Positions 11,746 through 24,041 are shown, numbered from the whole stretch's first letter. The stretch: 62,728 bases of DNA, filler included, from Diploschistes diacapsis (GCA_023645945.1; 24 parts of 24 records of this genome joined end to end with filler, not necessarily neighbours in it); one strand, 5' to 3'. Program-made: numbers and translations. Notes: generated by a model not told the origin, from the sequence alone.

Positions 11746-12651
11746 TCATACGGTAGGAAATTTTTCGTCGGCCCTCTTTGGTCGCCAGAGCCATTCCACC
11801 TCAAGCGGGTAGTTCTCTTCCAGATGTTTCCACTCTTCATTGCCTTCGTGCTCTTTGGGCCGCTTCACGATGCAGTGCTCGACATGCTGGAACCCGAACT
11901 GTCGGTAGACATGACTGCCAAAAAATGAAGCTTCCACGAAAGCCTCGATGCCCAGTTCGTCTGCCCGCTGGACGCCCCACTGTACCAACATCTTTGCAAC
12001 ACCACGCCGCCGATAAGCTGCACAGACGCCCAGAGTTCCGAGCCCTGCGCATGATCAGTAGCCGTTCCACATGTTGCGAATTGACGCGGTGTCAACAGGT
12101 AGAGGCAGAGTCGAGAAAACGTAACCAACTTACAGGCGTTTGGTTCCCGACATCTCTGCGCTTGCCGTACAAGACGGTCGTTCATCAAGAACGAGGTGTA
12201 TTCGCGGATAAGGGAGCCTTCAGGGTACCATTTGGCCTCAACACGCGGCGGCCCGTTGGGAAAGGGCGCTTCCGGATAGAACACCCACCTCGAAATGCTT
12301 GCGTACAAGTAAGCATTCATGATCATTCAGTGTATAGAAACAATGTGGCAATAGTTCAAATCATATACAAAATCCTATTCGAATGTCGACGAACTAGTTG
12401 AGATGCAAAACTTACCCAATGATCCGATCGGTATCGGTGTCCACCACGTTCATCCATTGCTCATTAGGATCTGCATCCCAGCGTTCCTGCCAGTTGCGTA
12501 TTGCATAAGGTTTGCCCTTTGGGTCATTGGTACCTGCACCGGGCAGCATCAGGTCGCAGTATGGATGCCGAGGGTGGCTGTAGGCATCAAATAGACAGTC
12601 CACGATCTGGGAAATGTCGGCTCTCTCGCCAGCCCTAAGCTGCAAAGGCAT
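11746..12651 (-). CDS. GNAT-family N-acetyltransferase, two introns
   Basis: The spliced product gives WLGTLGVCAAYRRRGVAKMLVQWGVQRADELGIEAFVEASFFGSHVYRQFGF (acetyl-CoA motif A, RRRGVA, plus motif B) and an N-terminal VVDTDTDRIIG. Confidence 0.9.
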
Positions 12652-13108
12652 CGTGGACGTGTTTTAGGGAAGAAGTAGACTGGGCTAGAAAGAAAGTGCT
12701 GGGGGAGCAACGGCGGGTATATATAACCCCGGCATGACCGAAAGCAGCAGGCGCACTGCGAGGTGAATGGAACACCGGACAATCTCTGGATAACCCGTTA
12801 TATAAGTAAACTCCGATGAGGCTACGATCTTATAAAGATTTATCCTGCTCTTTAAATATCTTGTGTTTATAAGTTTTAATATTTCTGACGCTATCCTTTT
12901 GCAGGATCAGTATTATGTAATCTTAAATTTGTCAAAATATAAGCCACACAAGCCACACCACACGAATTTATCCCACACATGCATTGTTTGTCAAGACTTC
13001 AATGCCTGAGTGCACAAGGTCGTTGTCTTCCTTTTGCTGAGGCTATTGCCATGCGATCCATGATGACTTCGCACGCAGGTTCTCAGCTTCAGTTTCCACC
13101 GCCCTAGG

Positions 13109-14740
13109 ATGGCTACGCCGGTGCGGCCGGGACCAAGTCCGATAGCTTCCCCACGAACTCCGCAACGAGGGATATCTTCCACGTTCTCCTCGCCGGGAAG
13201 CTTTCGTCCTGAAGACGACGCAGTGATCTTCGAGTTCGGGTCCAGGTACCTTCGAGCTGGTTATGCCGGCGACAGTCTGCCCAGATGCACGCTGGGCTTC
13301 GGTCCCGAAGAGTCGAGGCGACTGGGTGACTATCGAAGATGGCTCCCCGGTTACGAGGACCGAGTCAGACAGGCAAAGAAGCTTGAGGATTGGGCCGCTG
13401 ACTACGAGTTGTGGCGGCTTGATCTTCGGGAGACCGATTTGGGCCTGGTTGAAGATAAGATAGAGCGCGCCGTGCGCGATGCCTACTCAAGGGTACTTGT
13501 TCTGGATTCCAAATCAAGGAAAGCCATGCTCATCGTCCCGCCTTCTTTGCCGCATGCTTTGCTCTCGACCATTCTTTCCCTGCTCTTCCACAACTTTCAA
13601 TTGCCGACCGTTACTTTACTCCCGCCCCCAACTATGGCCGTGGTAGCCGCTGGTCAGCGCTCGGGTCTTGTAGTGGATATCGGGTGGCATGAAACGAGAG
13701 TGACTATTGTCTATGAACTTCGTGAGGTTCGGGAATACAGAAGCGTCCGTGGCATGAAGTTGTTGGTCAATGAGACCGGCAAGCTACTTCGCCGAACCTT
13801 GGATCCCAGTGCATCTGGCGGAGTGGACGAGGAAATGAGGATGACTGTTGACTTCTCATATGTGGAGGAGCTGCTTACTAGAGTCATATGGTGTCAGAAG
13901 CCCAGCGTCTCTACTTTAGAAGATAGCATAAAAGATCCAGCCATCTCAGGGAATAACGCTCAGCGACCTCGAGACGATTCTAAGATATCAATGCGCCTTC
14001 CGCCACCCTCTGACTGGCAGGTCGAAATCCCTTTCTCTTCTCTAAGCAAACCGGTTGAAACGGCTTTGTTTGCAGAGCCGAGTAGGTTGCGCGACCAGGA
14101 TGACCACGAGCATCCCCTTCACTACCTGCTCTACGAGGCGCTGGTGTCTCTGCCGCACGACATCCGTTCCGTTTGCATGTCGCGGATCATGTTCACTGGC
14201 GGCGGCGCCAACATACCAGGCCTAAAGACGAGGCTCCTCGATGAACTCATCAACATGGTCAAAGAACGGGGTTGGGATCCGGTATGGGGGAAAGCGGCGG
14301 AGGAGCAGCGGCGAAGGAGAGCAGAGCAAGCAAAAGCCATGGAGCAAAGAAAATGGAAGATACGAGAGAGCGCAACGAAAGATGCAGAGGGCGATGACGA
14401 GGACTCGCCGCCTCGCAGAAGAGCGGCTTTCGAAGACCAGGAACCGGATCCCCTGCAGGATAAACTGCGGCAACGGAACGCCAAGCGTACGAAGTCGAGC
14501 GTATCCGGCGTCATCAGGGGGCTGGAGACGTTGGGTCCGTGGGCTGGAGCGAGCATCACGGCCGCGCTCAAGGTCAAGAGTGCTGTCGAAATAGACAGAG
14601 ACGTGTTCTTGCAGCACGGACTCGCGGGTGCAAAACGGCATACCGACGTTGTTCCCCCGAAACCAAAGAGCCATACTGCCACGCTGGCTCGGATGAATAT
14701 GACAGACAGTGGCACATGGACCCTTGGTACATGGGCATAG
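13109..14740 (+). CDS. ARP10: Actin-related protein, dynactin Arp10/Arp11 (Neurospora RO7-like)
   Basis: FEFGSRYLRAGYAGD, SGLVVDIGWHET, DIRSVCMSRIMFTGGGANIPGLKTRL, GPWAGAS; single exon of 543 aa. Confidence 0.85.
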   Translation: MATPVRPGPSPIASPRTPQRGISSTFSSPGSFRPEDDAVIFEFGSRYLRAGYAGDSLPRCTLGFGPEESRRLGDYRRWLPGYEDRVRQAKKLEDWAADYELWRLDLRETDLGLVEDKIERAVRDAYSRVLVLDSKSRKAMLIVPPSLPHALLSTILSLLFHNFQLPTVTLLPPPTMAVVAAGQRSGLVVDIGWHETRVTIVYELREVREYRSVRGMKLLVNETGKLLRRTLDPSASGGVDEEMRMTVDFSYVEELLTRVIWCQKPSVSTLEDSIKDPAISGNNAQRPRDDSKISMRLPPPSDWQVEIPFSSLSKPVETALFAEPSRLRDQDDHEHPLHYLLYEALVSLPHDIRSVCMSRIMFTGGGANIPGLKTRLLDELINMVKERGWDPVWGKAAEEQRRRRAEQAKAMEQRKWKIRESATKDAEGDDEDSPPRRRAAFEDQEPDPLQDKLRQRNAKRTKSSVSGVIRGLETLGPWAGASITAALKVKSAVEIDRDVFLQHGLAGAKRHTDVVPPKPKSHTATLARMNMTDSGTWTLGTWA

Positions 14741-14807
14741 CTAAGCTAACAAGGCTAGGAATTCAGGGCATTCCAGTCGTAACATTGAGAAGTGTACAAT
14801 AATCTAA

Positions 14808-15959
14808 TCATCCGAAAACCTTCAAAAAGCTCCATAATCCCGCTGCGCTTAAGATGGGTATAGTAACGTTATCATCCAGGTTAAGCACATCCACGAGCTC
14901 GCTGGCGCTGGCTACTAGCCCGCTGCAGATGCTCATTACCCCAACAGCCGCCCAGCCCGTAATGGTGCACGCTGTCTCATCAACGTATCCAAGCGTCAAT
15001 CGCATGCTCTCCGGCAGCGTCAAGCGGTCCTTAAACATAAAGGACTCCTCGAAACCCCAGTAAGTAGGCGCAACGTAACCCCAGAATAGGCACGCCGTTG
15101 ACACTCCAACCACCAGTGCTGCTAAGCTCCCCGCCAAGCTCTTCCCTTTACGTATTCGCGGCGTGTTGCGCCCATAAAGCCTTCCGAACGTGCTAGCCGC
15201 AGTGTCACACCAAGAGAGCAACATAACGCTCATGACGCCTACATCCTTGGGGAAGAACCTCAATGCAGCCCATGCGCCAAGCAAATACCAAATGACCCCG
15301 TTGTACCTATCGTTGACCTCCGTCTCACGCATCAGTGCCCCACAGACACGGACATAAGCCCTGTTGAAGCCCGCAGAGTGATGGCGCAGCACGTCCAGGC
15401 TTGCAATGGGTATCAGCGCACCCAAGAGCCAGGGATGTATGTCATCCGTCTGCGCGCCGCGCGTGTAGAGAAAGAGCGTAAAGAAGCCAATTGAGACGTG
15501 CAGAGCTTTGCGGGGAACTTCATGCTTGTGCACGAAGCTACGCCAATGTCGATGAATAGGGATTAAGCCGAGCGGGCTTGGAGAACGCGAGATAGCGCGC
15601 CAGTAGGAGGAGCCGATGCCGCCAGCTGCGGAACTGGGGGACAAGTGGCCATTGGTAACAGCATTGGGGACAAGTGGTTCGGACTTTTGCACAGGGAATG
15701 AATTTGTCTTTTTCTTGGGTGGAAGACCGCTGGGACGACGCTTTTCGAGTAACGGCTTGGGACTTCGGCTTCTTGAGCGCGCTCTGGGTATGACGTCCTT
15801 TTCTGAGCCCTTTTCTTCTTCGATTGCGCTCGAAGAGGTGACACGACGTGCTGCGGACCGGGTAAAGTAACCGCCCGATGAGTCGCCTGCTTCGGATGTT
15901 GTAGGTGAGGGAGCAATGACACTGGGCGTAACGGGTATTTGGTATTCTTGGGACATCAT
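14808..15959 (-). CDS. DGK1: CTP-dependent diacylglycerol kinase
   Basis: HEVPRKALHVSIG, LMRETE, NGVIWYLLG, LSWCDTAASTFGR, GKSLAGS and LDDNVTIP. Start taken at the first ATG (MMSQEY). Confidence 0.92.
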   Translation of the reverse strand: MMSQEYQIPVTPSVIAPSPTTSEAGDSSGGYFTRSAARRVTSSSAIEEEKGSEKDVIPRARSRSRSPKPLLEKRRPSGLPPKKKTNSFPVQKSEPLVPNAVTNGHLSPSSAAGGIGSSYWRAISRSPSPLGLIPIHRHWRSFVHKHEVPRKALHVSIGFFTLFLYTRGAQTDDIHPWLLGALIPIASLDVLRHHSAGFNRAYVRVCGALMRETEVNDRYNGVIWYLLGAWAALRFFPKDVGVMSVMLLSWCDTAASTFGRLYGRNTPRIRKGKSLAGSLAALVVGVSTACLFWGYVAPTYWGFEESFMFKDRLTLPESMRLTLGYVDETACTITGWAAVGVMSICSGLVASASELVDVLNLDDNVTIPILSAAGLWSFLKVFG

Positions 15960-16528
15960 AGACGTCGTACCGCGCTGACACCAGAAACTTCGTAAGGGTG
16001 ACAATGCTACAACGCCGGAGACATCACGGCGAAGGTGGAAAAAGGAGATGTTCGAGTGGGGATGACCGAGAAGCAAGTAAGGAAACGTGTTGGCGGCGGT
16101 AGGTATATCGGAGGGTAGGGTATTCGAAAATTATGAACAGGTTGGGCAAGCCATCGTGAATAGGTGCAGCAGAAAAGATGACTGCTACAGCTTCGGATAA
16201 AGGGCAAAGGAAACTGATTACTGTATTGCGAGCCTCGATCGTGATGATAACGACGAGAAAAGTTGATGACGGGAAAACAGGATTGAGCGATGTGAAGGGA
16301 TATGACGCCACAATGTGGCTCGGGCGTTGGTGCCTCTGCCGCCTTGTCATATTATCACCTACATTGTACCTTATGAGATGCGACTTGTTCTCTAAATCGC
16401 AGGATAGCCTCTGAGCTCAAGGCGAATAACCTACATTTGCTCTTAGATACCTGTTTGTCCATTTAGTCAATGATCCGAATAAGGTGTCCGGTGTCTGATA
16501 TTCTCCTGCCCTGTTCAACATTTCCCTG

Positions 16529-18613
16529 ATGTCTCAATCATCCACGCCTAGGGCGTGGAAGACCCTCGCGCCCTCTCTTTCGGAATGGATGCTAGATGCC
16601 GTGTCCAGTATGGGATTCGACAGAATGACCCCTGTGCAAGCATCGACCATTCCCCTATTTATGGGACACAAAGATGTTGTCGTTGAGGTCAGTTCATGTA
16701 TGTAAAGGAAATGAAAAGTGTTGAGTTTGGCAAGGCTGTGACTGGCAGTGGGAAAACCCTTGCGTTCCTCATCCCTATCATTGAACGATTACTGCGGCTT
16801 GAAGAGCCGATAAGGAAGCATAATGTCGCCGCCATCATCATCTCTCCAACAAGGTACTGAGAGTGTGATAGCTGCCGCCAAAATCTAACGATTATGTAGG
16901 GAACTGGCCTCTCAGATCCACAGCGTGCTCTTATCATTGCTCAAGTTTCATGGCCCTTCCGCAGCTTCTCTCAGAGATGCTGAGAATGGAGATGATGTTG
17001 TTCCACAAGGTGGTTCGGATACGCCGATAGAAGGGGCACACGCTCCTCAACAAACGTGGCCAGAATTGACTGCGAGAGTACTTCCGCAGCTGCTCGTTGG
17101 AGGCTCTACAACACCACAGGAAGATCTCAAGTACTTCCTAAGGCACTCACCAAATCTTCTAGTATCTACGCCAGGCCGCCTACTGGAGATACTATCCTCA
17201 CCACATGTTCATTGCCCGCAGTCCTCTTTCGAAGTCCTTGTAATGGACGAAGCAGATCGGCTGCTTGATTTGGGCTTCGAACAAGACCTGCAAAAGATCC
17301 TAAATAGACTCCCGAAGCAGAGGCGAACAGGTCTGTTTAGCGCCAGCGTCAGCGAAGCACTAGACCAGCTTATTCGAGTTGGGTTGCGTAACCCAGTCAA
17401 GATAGCAGTCAAAGTACGAAGCACGAGCGGCAAGGAGGATCAGAGAACGCCGGCAAGGTAGTATCTCCTTCATACCCTCGTCTGCAGCTCTCTCACAATA
17501 AGTAGTCTTCAAATGAAATACCTCGTTCTGCCACCAACCCATCGCATTCCCGTCATCTCCAAACTCCTACATACGCTCACCCCAACACCTGGGAAAACGA
17601 TCATCTACCTTTCCACTTGTGCAGCCGTCGACTACTTCCAACACCTACTCCCATTAATTATCTCTCCAACAAACACCTTCGCTCCCTTCATCGTCGTCCC
17701 CCTCCACGGCAAGCATCCATCTAATGTCCGCAACAAGAACTTCACCCGCTTTACAAACGCCATTACACCCATCATACTACTCACAACTGACGTCGCCGCT
17801 CGAGGTCTCGACATCCCTCAAGTAGATCTCGTCCTCCAGTTCGACCCGCCAACAGACCCCAAAGTCTTCCTCCACCGGTGCGGTCGCGCAGGCCGGGCCG
17901 GGCGCAAGGGGCTAAGCATCATCTTCCTCACCCCAGGGCGAGAGGAAGACTACATCTCTTTTCTTTCCGTGCGAAAAACTCCCATCACACCATTCACCGA
18001 GCCCTCGATATCAGCAACTGACAACGAAGCCGCTGCAGCAACGGCTGGCATGCGCCAGCTCGTTTTGAAAGACAGAGCACTGCACGACAAAGCGCAACGT
18101 GCCTTTGTAAGCTGGGTGCAGGCCTACCGAAAACATCAGGCGAGCAGTATATTCCGCGTGGCGGATCTGGACTGGGCAGATCTGGGCAAGGCATGGGCAC
18201 TGCTCAAACTGCCCCGCATGCCGGAGCTGAAGAACTGGCAGGGCGATCACAGTTTGGGTACAAGCGTGGACTGGGACGGATACGGATACAATGACAAGGT
18301 CCGAGAGAAGCAGAGGAGGGAGGCTTTGGCAGAGTATCAGAGATCGAAGAATGACGATGCAGATGGTAAAGTAGCGGGCAAGCAGAATAGGCAAAGCGCG
18401 AGTGGGGAGAAGCGCGCTTGGAGCGACAAGGTCGACTCAAAAGAGGAGCGGGCAAAGAGGCGCGCGAAAAGGCAGTCGAAGAGGGAGAGGGAGCAGTGGG
18501 AGACGATGGGGCCAGAAGAGCGGGAGAAGAAACTGGAGCTGGATAGCTTGATCGAGCAAGTAAGGAAGCAGAATATGGCGGAGCAAGACGAGTTTGAAGG
18601 ATTCAGTGACTGA
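16529..18613 (+). CDS. SPB4: DEAD-box rRNA helicase Spb4 (DDX55), three introns
   Basis: Q motif [59 protein letters not shown], and [10 protein letters not shown]. Confidence 0.95.
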
Positions 18614-19381
18614 AGGGTTACTTTATAGACTTCTTATTAGATTAAGTAATGCTATCAAAGAACAAGCCGGCTCAACGCTCTGACGCTTGCTCTGAATGTG
18701 AACGAACCGGACAAAAGCCACGGCAACTGACAAGCGCTTTTCAATAACTAACTATACCGCAGACGACGATGCGACGTGGATGCCTTTCTCCTTCTTGCCC
18801 CCATTGCGGTGGCAAGAGGCTCCCACATCCCACGCCTTCCTCACCGGATTCCATCGGCGATGCTCAAAACAATCTTATGGACAATCAATTTCATCGCTCT
18901 TTCCCGCATGGCTCTTTCCCGCCGAAGACAGAAAAGTCTTCGCATCGCGTGCATGCATTCCTGGCGAGGTTCCATGGACAACGCCCAAGACGTCTCCATT
19001 GACATAACGATCTGACAACTCCTCCTCGAACCGAACCTCAATGGAATGTATAAGAAGCCTCTCGCATCCCGTATCTTCCTCAAGGATACTCGAGACTCCC
19101 AAACGATCGAACCATTTGGAACCCAACTCCTCCTCAATTTAACTCACAATGCAATGTATTGGGATGTCTCTCGCATCCCGTGCCTTCATGAAAGGACATA
19201 TCAATGATGCTTGAGGCTTCCAGGAAATCAGACGAATCGAAAAATTAGCTAAGCTGGAATCAACACTTAGCAATAACGGACAAGGTACTGAAAAATCTGT
19301 CCGCAAACATCCCCATCATAATCCCATCAGTGGACCGAGAATCGTCCTTGTTGATGAAACTCATTCTCAGCGCTTTCAAAT

Positions 19382-22161
19382 CTACACCCCAGCAAGAACC
19401 GACAGTGATCCGCTCTGCAAGCTGCTGGCATACTTTGCCATAACATCCTCAATGCCCATCAGTGACTGCGGTGATGCAGAAACCCGCTTCGTCTCTCTCA
19501 ACTTCGACGGTGTTTTAGGCATGTACTTTGCATCTCTCACATAGTCCGCCTTCTCCTTCATGCGCCTCATCGACTCTGCATCTTTCTCTGTAGCCTTCTC
19601 AGCTTGAGGCTTCCCAACATCCACTGACCCACGTTCTTCGACGGTCTTCGCCTGGGCCTTACTCTCAATAGGTTTTGCCAATGGCTGCTCTTTGCCACTC
19701 GCTTCGGTCGCCTCCTCGTCCTCGTCATCGGAGAAACTATTGTAGTCTAGACAATAAGTTCTACCGGGACGTGAGGCATAGCTGGGCGAGCTAGGGCTGG
19801 GCTTGTCAGTTGGGCTGTATTTGGGTAACTGTTTCTCTGGCGACAAGTCGTCCTCGACAGTCGGCTGATATGATGATTTCTGCTTGAGAACGGAAACTGG
19901 CTTGAAAGTCGAAGTCGGATTGCGGGGAAGTTTGTCTTTTTGCGGCGTGATAGGCTCTTGGTGGACGATGCGATCAAAGGTCACCCTGCGGCGCTTTGCG
20001 GCGGATGGGGCGTCCCTCTGGGTCGAAGTCCCTTTCTGGAGTGACACTGTTTTGACAACGCAAATCTCTTCATCCGTGAATTCGGAGCTTTCATCGGAAT
20101 ACGGCGCATACAGATAGTCATCATCGATACCGTAACCCCCCTTGCGAGGCCCGGGAATCATGCCATCGATAAGTGGGAGCTCAGGATCTCCAATCCTTGG
20201 TCGACGATGTCTCTTCCGCTTCTGACCAGAAGCCGGAGCTTCTCCTGCAGTACTCGCCTCAGCCTGAGCTGCTCTGAGCTTGATTATTTCAGCCTCAGTC
20301 TCTTTTTTTGCCGCCTCAATCCGCTCATCTGCCCTTGCGGCATACCGATGCTCCATCTCTTGTATGCGCTTAGCTACTTCGGCCTTGGCTGCTTCTGTAG
20401 CCTTCTTGACTTGCAGCAAAGCCTGAGCTTTATATTTCCTTTGCAGCGCGTCGATTTGCTCTGCAACTCTTCGATTAACTTCTTTCGCTATGAACTTCTC
20501 GACCGAAACCTTGATGGACTTGGCACGGAAGTTGGGTGTAGTCCACTCTGGGTCACCATTTTCATGTGGTTGCAAAGCCATAGCCGTTGTATCTGGTAGC
20601 GGAACGATATTTTCGGGGATATCTCTATTCAGTTCAAGCTCCGATTCTTTGAAAGAAGGACCGCTGAGGGTTGCAGCGGATAAATCTTCCTTCCCAACAG
20701 TATTAACTCCTGTGGTATTCACTCTGTCTTCAGGAGTAAAAAGGAATCTATTTCTGTTTGGTGAGTTGTTCTCGATCGAACTTCTCCTTTTCGCAATGAT
20801 GACCCCACCCGGTGAGGTAAGAACAGGACCGTTTGCAGGGAGTTCGAGGGTTGGGAGCTGTTCCGCTGCATTGCTCCTGCGAAACCCGGGGACCCAACCA
20901 GAGAGAGGACGCGTGACTGAGTGAACAAAGCTAGTGAAGCGACCATGAGACGGACGAGGAGGTGTGGCAAGGATTGCTGCGCTTGGAGAAGACTGAGATG
21001 CGTCAGGGACGGCGATCTCCAGACCTTCCATAGCTTCATTATCTTCGTGAGCATCTGTGCCTACGGCCAGGTCGGGAGTGGAGTCGGTAGCATGGCCTTC
21101 GCGGTCCAGCCGGATCCTGATTCCTTGCATGCCAGTCGTTCCAAATGTTGTCAAGGTGTGAGCTGTGTTTTGCTGCTCTTGCTCTTCCCTTTCCTCCGCC
21201 TGTCTGTTCTGTTCCTCTACATCCTTCTTTCTTTGCGTGGCTCTGAGCTGCGCTTCTTCTTTTAGAATCGCCAAGGCTGCAACAGGATCTAGGAAAACAA
21301 GCTCGGAAGGCTTCGTGTCCTCATTCTTGCGTGCGACAACGTATTTGCCATCTCTACAGCGCTTGAATGCCATTTTCCTTGGTTGGCCGCGACGCCTGCC
21401 ATTGCGAGCACGATTATCTTGCCAGATAGCATGCTTGACCATGTCATAGAATTCGAGTTTGGTGTCAGATGTGAATTCTTGGTCGTGAATGTTGTCAGGC
21501 TGAAGAGCGTGTTCAGCGGCTTGCTGTTCCTCCAAAGTGAATTCAATGGGAGTCTCCGTGGAATGAGCCTCGGGTTCAATGTGGCCAGTCTTTGAATTCA
21601 CATCCTGTAGGCGGGTTCTCTTCTTCGCCTTCGGTTGCTCCTGCGACCCTGAGTCTTCTGACTCAATTCGCGGCCTGCCTCTTTTCCGACCCGTAGTTGA
21701 CTTTGTAGCCACAGGCTTTTCCGGCTCGTCAAGCGACTCTGGCTCTACAGACGTAGAAACAGAACTCCCTGAGGTTTTTCTTACGTTGCTTAGGCCCTGC
21801 GCCCTTTGCTTACCGCGACGTGCTGGAGGCTTTGTTTGGTCATGTGATGGTTGTGTTGATGCGGCTTTGCCACTTCTCGTCTGCCGCTTGTTGTCGATGT
21901 TTTCCTTGTTGTCGTGATCATCATTCACTGTTTGCTGTAATTCGTAGCTACTGGCCCGAGGCTCTTCTGCGCTGGAATTTCCAGAACCATTGCCTTTTGC
22001 AGTCTTACGTTTACGAGTCGTTGCGGGCAGCGACACTTGAGGCGATGGTATTTCACCACTCGCTTCGATCCCCTTTCGAGTTCCACGACTAAGGGGAATT
22101 AGTACCTCGGTCACAGGATAGTAGAAGTCAAGAAAACTTACGTGCTTCGCATACTCCGCAT
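19382..22161 (-). CDS. Hypothetical low-complexity, probably nuclear protein with AT-hook and coiled coils
   Basis: A short exon MRSMRS(T) splices (GTAAGT...CTAAT...TAG) in frame onto a 900-codon ORF containing RKRGRPR, two coiled-coil-like stretches and a C-terminal KYMPKTPSKLRE. Confidence 0.75.
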
Positions 22162-22731
22162 CTTGAATAAACTGAGAGTATTTAAGTATTGGGCTGAGGT
22201 CGCCAGCTTGGGTCTGTGTCTATGTGCTGAGGAGTGTAGAGAATAGTCAGTGTCAACAAGCGTATGGCAACTCTTGATGGTTGAGCTTCGTTCAATGTAA
22301 AGCGTTGAAAACGACTTGATCGTTATAACGTGGTGTAGCAAACCTATGACGCGATACCACAGCGCGTAGTCAAGGCCACAAGTGTGTTGAGGATGGGATG
22401 TTGAATGGCATTCTCTCTCGGTAAACAAACAGAAAATGAAGTTGTGTGAACCTGACAAAATCGAGTCGGTGTAACTTGTACGGATGGATGCCCAAAAGCC
22501 GAACAAAAGTGAAGCCATCACTATGTTAGTAAGCAAGCCCTATGAAATCTTGGCAGCCTTCTATCCCACAAGCGAAATTCTATGTTACGGATATCAAAAA
22601 AGTCCCTTCACGTTTGTATGAGGGCCATCTTTTCTCTCCTTAATATCTCCTAGCTTTGAGAGCCCAAGGTAATGATCGCCTTCTCCTAAACCTCAAGCAA
22701 GTTATAAAGCTAAGAAAAGTAGCGACTCAAG

Positions 22732-24041
22732 ATGGCGCCCTCAAACCTTCCTTCCATATTCAATGCGACCTCCCAGGACATTGAAATGCTGCGTAGGCTT
22801 CTATTATTAACCAACGATACCATTTGGGCTTGTACTTACAAATTCTAGTGTCAGCTCAATGCCATTTGGGCTCTAAAAATCTACAAGTTCACATGCTACC
22901 GTAGTGGTTGTACCCCTTTAATGAATCTCGTTGCTAAAGGAGGCCAAAGGTACCTCTGGAAGACTAGGCCTGATGGTATCAACGTGAGCGGTCTTTGTTG
23001 GCGTTACTGAGCCGAGCTGATCGCCTAGCAATAGATCATCAATATTGGAAAGACCTGGTACCGCTCCCTGAGCCCCTTCCTCCTGTGTGCCTAAAGTATA
23101 TTGACGGATCCCAAAGGGAAAAGATCGTGCTCGCGGCGCGAATCATCGCCGCGGTCGATAACCCGGCAGATGTAGCCGTTATCTCTGCCCGCCCTTACGG
23201 GCAGCGTGCAGTTCTAAAGTTCGCCGCACATGTAGGCGCATCGCCGATTGCGGGTCGCTTCACCCCAGGTTCGGCCCTTTGAATTGCTCTTTTACGTTAA
23301 AAAATCATGTTAACGAAGGGCAGGAAACTTTACCAACTACATCACCCGCTCGTTCAAGGAACCGCGCTTAATCGTCGTCACTGATCCCCGAACAGACGCC
23401 CAGGCCATCAAAGGTACTGCCTTCGGAATTTTGACGCAATAACCCTTCTGACCAAGCAATTGTTTCAGAGGCGTCATATGTCAACATTCCAGTCGTGGCA
23501 CTCTGCGACACAGACTCGCCTACTGAGTTCGTGGACGTGGCTATTCCAACGTACGGAGAAACCTCCCTGAATCGTGGCTCGGCCGAATCTAATCTGTTCT
23601 CAGAAACAACAAGGGGCGCCATGCGATTGGGTTGATCTGGTGGATGTGAGACAGCTACTCCCCCGTTTCTCATCGACTGAGCTGACAGTTAGCAGGCTTG
23701 CAAGGGAAGTGCTCAGACTCCGCGGCACGCTGGCCACGAGAGAGACGGAGTGGGACATGATGGTCGACCTGTACTTCTACCGCGACCCCGAGGCCGAGGA
23801 GAACAAAGAAGCAGCCGAGGAGGGCAAGGTTCCTGGCGCGGACGACGTCGGCGCTGCGGTTATCGATCAGGGCTTCAGCGGGAATGCCGATTGGGAGGTC
23901 CAGGGGGGTGGTGCCGTGGCCGCCTTCTCTGCAGCGAGCAATACTGCGGCTGGTGTTACCAACACCAGCTGGGAGGACGGTGGCCAGGACTGGGCCACTG
24001 CTGCTCCGGCGGAGACTGCTAATGCTGATGTGCAGTGGTAG
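22732..24041 (+). CDS. RPS0: 40S ribosomal protein S0 (uS2), nine exons
   Basis: [58 protein letters not shown] [11 protein letters not shown]. Eight GT-AG introns were traced by eye. Confidence 0.97.

Noticed and set aside
18614..19381. Small overlapping ORFs and a short CTCTCGCATCCCGT duplication between SPB4 and the hypothetical gene
   Set aside because: Convergent 3' UTR or intergenic region with no coding or structural signature.
13109..24041. ARP10, DGK1, SPB4 and RPS0 as RiPP-cluster or self-resistance genes
   Set aside because: They look like ordinary single-copy housekeeping genes; nothing in the window indicates duplication or resistance variants.
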